Assembly: GCA_964016885.1 (NCBI GenBank)
Contig: OZ024746.1
Coordinates: 18,972,001-19,036,000 of the forward strand
Reading direction: 5' to 3'
DNA: 64,000 nucleotides
Source of the DNA: Eledone cirrhosa
Taxonomy: Eukaryota
The position numbers were made by a program, and so were the translations under genes. Positions 57,618-64,000 of this stretch are shown here, piece by piece (position 1 is the first letter of the stretch; each line of letters starts with the position of its first letter). The notes beneath the pieces are model-generated. The model saw only the letters and a program-made list of their open reading frames with translations, had not been told where the DNA came from and did not search any database.

Positions 57618-58425
57618 CATATATATACATACACATGCATATATATATACACATATATACATATATACATATATATATATATACATATATATATACATAT
57701 ATATATACATATATATATACACACACATACATACATATACATATACACATATATATATACATATATATATATGTATATATATATACATATATATATATAC
57801 ATATATGTATATATGTATATATGGTGGCTGCCAACTCGTTTTCGAGTACGGCCACTACTTTATATCCATGTAGGAGAACCCCTACCGATGCGCTAAACAA
57901 GTGTGACTTTTAGTCCAGCCAGCGACTTGAAAACTCTGGTACAAACACTACACCTGTGACAATTATTGACACAGTGTTGGGGCCTTGGTACCATGTGACG
58001 ACAAGTCTAGAGAGATCTCCAGATACAAAGCAATGCCTGTGCCGTGAAGCTTTTATAGTGAGCAAAGGCACTGCACAAAGCCAGTCCCACTCTCTTAACC
58101 CGAGTTGATATTTACCAAAAAGAAGAATAAGTCAACATCATTGGATACCATCAGGGTTGCAGGTGTTATATCAGAGTTTTCCTTCTCCTAGAATTCTGCC
58201 TTGACAAAGGCTAAGGGGTCATCTCTCCCGGTGATTTTGGATGGCCATTGACTCTTAAGAGCTCCTTTGCCCTTTTACAGGTTTTGTTTTTAGTCCTGCA
58301 GGATGTCCAAAGTCACCCTCCTCACCAAGAATCCTTGGTGGGGTTGCCAGTTTAGTCGCCAACAACCCGACCATGGGACAGGTTGTACTGGGATACATGT
58401 TACCAGTAGCACCAACTGGTGACCT

Positions 58426-58430
<5 letters not shown>
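57151..58430 (-). mobile_element. RTE-like LINE 5' region with a ~370-bp tandem duplication
   Basis: 57151-57518 is nearly identical to 57823-58188; the gagttttccttctcctag..aaggctaag motif resembles RTE 5' leaders (recalled). Confidence 0.65.
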
Positions 58431-58457
<27 letters not shown>

Positions 58458-58581
58458 CTAGCAAGAAACTGAAGAAAAAAAACAAAGAAATGAACTATAT
58501 TTCATTTCCTCTGTCACCTACTCATACTAATGTGAACATTCTGAGAAATTAAGAATTAAATCAACATCACTTAAATTCTGC

Positions 58582-58626
<45 letters not shown>

Positions 58627-58930
58627 ATTGTGCATTTAAATATTTACATTATTAATCAATATATCCATTCCTATTTCAAATCTAACAAAGGAATGTCTGA
58701 TAAATTATTGATGTGTCAGCTTTTAAGAGCATAGTTCATTATGTATTTGTTATTTGTTCAATTCTTCAAATTACCCCCCACCCTCAACCCCAGCCACCAT
58801 AGCTGAAATTGAGAATAGTGTCAAACAGACAAAACAAGATAATTACTTTGATCCATACATGCAACTCTTTACCATTTGTTAGCCACTTTCTACACTTTGT
58901 TGAAATTAAATAAGATTGCTTATTATCAGT

Positions 58931-59330
58931 GTCAGGCTTTTGCCTGCTACTGGTACCATGTAACCTAGTACAACCTGCTTCATGGTCGGTTGGTCAGGCT
59001 TCTGCCTGCTACTGGTACCATGTCACCTAGTACAACCTCTTCATGGTCAAGTGGTTGGTCAGTCAGGCTTCTGCCTTTTACTGGTACCATGGTACCTAGT
59101 ACAACCGGTTTCATGGTCTAGTGGTCAGTGACTAAACTGGCTCCCTCACAAGACTCTGGTCTGGTGATGAGGGTAAGTGGAACCCCAGCAGTGGAACCCC
59201 AGCAGTGGAACCAACACAAAATTAGCCAAGCATGCCCTGAAGACATGACCAAACCCAAACAAAGTGGTAGAAGTCAACCAGGGTTGAGGGTTTCTCCAAC
59301 AACAGAGAGAAAGCTCTTGATTGAATATCT
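58931..59330 (+). mobile_element. Related element 5' end with a triplicated ~62-bp head
   Basis: tcaggctt.tgcct..tactggtaccatg..acctagtacaacc occurs three times; homologous to the reverse complement of 58340-58428. Confidence 0.65.
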
Positions 59331-59344
59331 ATAGATTATATAAT

Positions 59345-59528
59345 TGTTTCTACTTTAGGCACAAGGCCAGCAATTACCCAGTGCATTACTGGTACTTTAT
59401 TTTATCGACCCCGTAAGGATGAAAGGCAAAGTCAACCTCGGCGGGATTTGAACTCAGACCGTAAAGGGACGTAACTATGCTGGAAAGCATGGCGTCCGAC
59501 CCTCTACTGATACTGCCAATCCACCGCC
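59345..59528 (-). mobile_element. SINE family B, young copy with TSD tagattatataat
   Basis: Three substitutions and one indel versus the reverse complement of 61562-61743. Confidence 0.92.
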
Positions 59529-60489
59529 ATGCTAGATTATATAATGTATGCATGAATGAATGAGAGATACTTCATTTCAAAGAAAACACAAGTTATCACT
59601 AGAAACTCACTAAAAGAAAGTATTTGCTGAATGAGATGAAATGAGTAAATATTTGTGAATCAAACACTGAATCAATGAAGCAAATATATCACCCAGCAAC
59701 ACTTTCTTCAAGTTCAGACTTGACAGAATATGACAGGAAATCAAAATTTGCTGCTTTTGTCATTTGCAAATCTAGAAAATTGATTATCAATAAATGAGAA
59801 AGTGAAGACTAACATACTAACATATAACTAAACCAAATGATGCACTAATTATTACTAATATTCGTTAGAAATGAAATAGATAAAGACAAGAAACAGTTAT
59901 AAAACAAAAACATGCAAGTGTAAAAAAAAACGGTGGTGGTGGTGGAGGTGATTGTGGTGATAATGGAGGGGTTAGTGTGTGTGCGTGGAGTGGTGGTGGT
60001 GGAGGTGATCGTGGTGATAATGATAGAGGTGGTGGTGGTAATATTGAACCACCACTGCTTAGCATTGAAAAATAAATAAATATTGCAAGCTAATGATTAG
60101 ACTTTAAAAATATGAAAATTATCTGAAATAATGAATTTATCAATAAATGCTTCACAAGACAAGATAGATAGATATATTAATCTTTGTAATAAATATCTAA
60201 TTAGCTGCTGACAAAACTAAAAGTATTAACATGTTGATGTGTATTTAATTATCAGGATACAAAATTCAGGTGGAACTGATGCCTTATCTAATTTAAAAGT
60301 CAACATTTATGAATTGATGTCAACCATAGAGAACAAAGTCTAAAAAAAAAACTAAATATAAAATTAAAATGAGAATTCTCTGATAAAATCTGTTGGAAAA
60401 CAATGGCGATATGTTTTGATATATATTAAAATAGACTATCATGCAGAACTTATTGGAATTGACTAATAATTCTTAATTAGTTGTCAAGG

Positions 60490-60815
60490 TATGTGGCTTA
60501 GTGGTTAGAGCAGTGGATTCCCACTCATGAGGTTGTGAGGTCAATTTCTGGACTGGATGGTGTGTTGTGTCCTTGAGCAAGACACTTTATTTCACGTTGC
60601 TTCAGTTTACTCAGCTGTAAAAATGAGTTGTGATGTCACTGGTGCCAAGATGTATTGGCCATTGCCTTTCTCTTGAACAACATCGATGGTGTGAAGAGGG
60701 GAGGCTGGTATACACGAGTTAGTGCTGATCTTCCACAAAAATACCTTGCTCGAGCTTGTGTCTCAGAGGGGAACCTTCTAGGCGCGAAAACCATGGTCAT
60801 TTGTGAATAAAATAG
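60490..60815 (+). mobile_element. tRNA-derived SINE with family A head/core and a different 3' half
   Basis: gtggcttagtggttagagc..gtccttgagcaagacactttatttcacgttgct; related pieces at 12730-13000 and 63860-64000. Confidence 0.8.
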
Positions 60816-61039
60816 GTCTTAAGACTGTCAATCACCAACAAAAAGCGTCATTTGTCACAATAACATATCTCAAGCAGTAAATAACCTAAGTTGCATGCCA
60901 AGAATGTACTCAATTTCCATATTATCTTAAACTTTGAAAATATCCATAATGCTTCATTTTCGAAATAATAACTTCATAACTGTGAAATTGTATTAAAAAA
61001 AAAAAAAATGGAGAATATTAACTGTATAAGAGCACTAAC

Positions 61040-61244
61040 GTCAGGTTAGCATAATCTGAATCTCCAACCAGAAGATGTAACAAGACCCAGGGCCATGTTT
61101 AGGACCTTGTGGAGCGCTGGGCAGTTCGGGTCTGGGGGAGCTCAGAGCTGTTCCTAGAGGGAGGATGGGGGAGGCTCTGTTTGACAGTAGGTGGCCATGG
61201 CATTCACCCCTTCTGCTCCTTGATAAATCTAGCCCTGACAAAAC
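61040..61244 (-). other. Candidate 205-nt exon (5' UTR or interrupted coding) of the same gene
   Basis: GC-rich unique island bounded by cttttatgatag| and AC|gttagt; its end phase is compatible with the 39605 exon, but all three frames contain a stop. Confidence 0.4.
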
Positions 61245-61560
61245 CTATCATAAAAGATATTTTTAGAAATGAAGAAAAATAAGCAGTTCCTATGAATGTA
61301 GATGGTTTAACATATTTATATTAAAATGTCAATTAAAATTTGAATGAATATATGTAATATGTGTGTGTGCATGCATGACATCATCATCATCATCGTTTAA
61401 TGTCCATTTTCTACGCTAGCATGGGTTGCTTAAAAAAATTAACCAAGAAACTAAGCTTTTAAAAAGAAGACTTAAAATAATGAATAAAAATATTCTTGTT
61501 AAGATAAATAAATACTATATATATACATATATATATATATATATTATATATATATATAAA

Positions 61561-61740
61561 GGGCGGTGAATTGGCAGTATCGGTAGAGGGTCGGACGCCA
61601 TGCTTTCCAGCATAGTTACGTCCCTTTACGATCTGAGTTCAAATCCCGCCGAGGTTGACTTTGCCTTTCATCCTTACGGGGTCGATAAAATAAGTACCAG
61701 TAATGCACTGGGTAATTGCTGGCCTTGTGCCTAAAGTAGA

Positions 61741-61743
<3 letters not shown>
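61561..61743 (+). mobile_element. SINE family B, young copy in (TA)n
   Basis: Family B consensus-like. Confidence 0.92.
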
Positions 61744-61778
<35 letters not shown>

Positions 61779-64000
61779 CTTAGCCAAATACTGGTTTTAC
61801 TGATTTACATTCCAAAGAGAAAATTATAGTTGAGATAAATCTGAAACCTAATAAGCATATTTAGGAAATATTACTTTCAAATTATATCCAATATTTTGGA
61901 AAGAATTGTTTGGTTTTTTTAAACAAAAAGGGTCAGAAAATATTAAGGTCAGAGATATATCAATCATTCTTCTCTGATTCTAAGAAAACAGAAATACCAA
62001 CAGCAATATACTGTTATTTGCATTCTCGAAATAAAAGGGAATCAGAGCAATGATAAGGTATTATCAAAAACACTGAAAAAAAAAATATGGATAAAAGCCA
62101 AAAATAGAATCTTCTTCAAAGATGTTCAGAAACCTCCCACACTTTAATTGCTCCCTCCCAAAGAAAAAAAAAAAATTTAAACCAAGCACAAGTTTAACTT
62201 CAAAATTCTAAGCCAATATAACAGACATTTTTATGGTTTTCAAAAGGAATACTTAATTGATAATTTCATCATGTCAAAATATATTCCAAAACAAATTAAA
62301 ATTTTCCAATTTTGTTTGTTTTGTCTTTCCTTTTCTAACATGTAGGATTTTATTTGTTTAATTAAAGACTGTCTCCTCAACAGATCTGCTATCTGTAATA
62401 TTTTCCATCTCCAGTATCTTTCAGTAACTGGCTTTAATAAACTGATTAATCCTGTGCCAGAAATAAACAGAGAAACTATACAAAATAAGGTTGTAATCAT
62501 ATATTTTGTAATTACACACACACACTCACACTACAAAAACCAAAACCGCTTGGCACCATGGTCGGGATTTTACCTAACTCAATACCCACTCTGCATCTCC
62601 CCATGCATTGAATACTTCCATGATTAGTGGTCTCCCTGGTTTCAGTGCCACAGACTCACACCCCCACACCCCCACCCCACACACTTTTAATGTTCTATAA
62701 AAACAAACCCCTAAAAATAACAGGAAAAACAAGGTTACTTGAAGTCATAAAAAAAAAAAAAAGAAATAGAAAAGAGATTTCCTTTTCAAATAAACTGAAC
62801 CATCACAATATTTGCTAAGTAACTAATCTAGTGGAGCAGCCAAGTGTTGATAATGTGCACCAGTTAGAGAGACCTAGTTTACATCCTATAAATAAATATA
62901 AAATCTGAGATTTTTGGTGGAGAGCTCATTTTCTTAGTTTAGTAGGAAATGGTTTTGTAGATAAGCAGTGAACTATATTGCAAATAATATTACAAATGGT
63001 AGAAAACTGTCAGTTCCCTACTTTAGTTAAAAGGTACATACATACTATCAGTATGTCTTTAAATTGATACCAAAGACAAAACCATTGACTAAAATAGAAC
63101 CAACCCAATTCTTTTTTTTCTACTATTTACTTCAAGTCTTAAACTTTTTTCCTTCTTTACTTGCAAAGCAAAGTGTACAAAGATATGTGTATATCTTTAT
63201 AAATGAAACTGTTCACATAAACATGATGTTAAATATGTTTTTTAAACCAATGAAGAATGATTTAAATATTTTCAAAGACTCTTTGATGATGACAACTGAA
63301 AACAAAAAGGTAAACTCTTAGTAAACCGAGTCCAGGAATCAGTATAGTTTTGCCATTTTGTCCTACAGGGCACAGCAGAAACACCACTCTGACTTAGGTG
63401 TAGAGTCGGTCACCCCTCCCTCTTCTCCCTTTCATTGCTTAACAATCCTTTTCGATTCCCTCCCTTTTGTTGTTTGTTTTTTTTTCTTTTTGTTAACTAC
63501 ACTGTAAATGTGGTTGGTGTTAGGAAGGGCATCCAACCGTAGAAAACCTGCCAGACGAGCGAGATATGGTCACCCAACCAATCTTGCCTCAAGTAGGACA
63601 ATTCCCGTCTAAACCCATGCTAGCGTGGAAGATAGACGTTAAACGATGATGATCATCATCATGACACCTCTCAACATTGGACTATTTTATTTTTATGTAT
63701 ATATCATTATATAATTATTTTTATGTATATATCATTATATAATTATATAATAAAAGAAAAAATAAATGGATTTCCAGATTAAAACAGACTTTCATTCTTA
63801 AAAAAAAAAAAAAAAATGATACATCATTATAATCTTCACCATAATTAACATGTAGCTTAAATATGGCCTAACAGTTAGGATGTTTAACATATGATCATAA
63901 TGCTGTTGGTTCAATTCCTGGACTGGGAGACTGGATTGTCTTCTTGAGCAAAACATTTTATTTCATGTTACTCTAGTACACTCAGTTAAGTGTGTGTACC

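Overview
AT-rich, repeat-dense eukaryotic DNA. The SINE families, RTE-type LINE debris and very long (AG)n/(TA)n microsatellites point to a cephalopod, probably Octopus (inference). Almost all of the window appears to be intron of one minus-strand gene. A 102-nt exon at 13194-13295 encodes the first WW domain of an ARHGAP39/Vilse RhoGAP, and two splice-compatible candidate upstream exons lie at 39534-39605 and 61040-61244. The rest comprises two tRNA-derived SINE families, RTE/LINE fragments, a decayed MULE transposase, a Helentron-type non-autonomous element, piggyBac/hAT/mariner-type MITEs and two large minisatellites (87 bp x ~63; 65 bp x ~39). The most notable unexplained structure is a set of fold-back elements next to (TA)n tracts (56405-56717, 56769-57130, 42480-43004, degenerate 41681-41875). 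The first three contain minimal type I hammerhead ribozyme motifs, one with a U3-A8 compensatory core, and all four have a one-sided tail, as expected for inverted Penelope-like pLTR derivatives. The ORF-track entries that look long are almost all microsatellite artefacts. All alignments and folds were done by eye.
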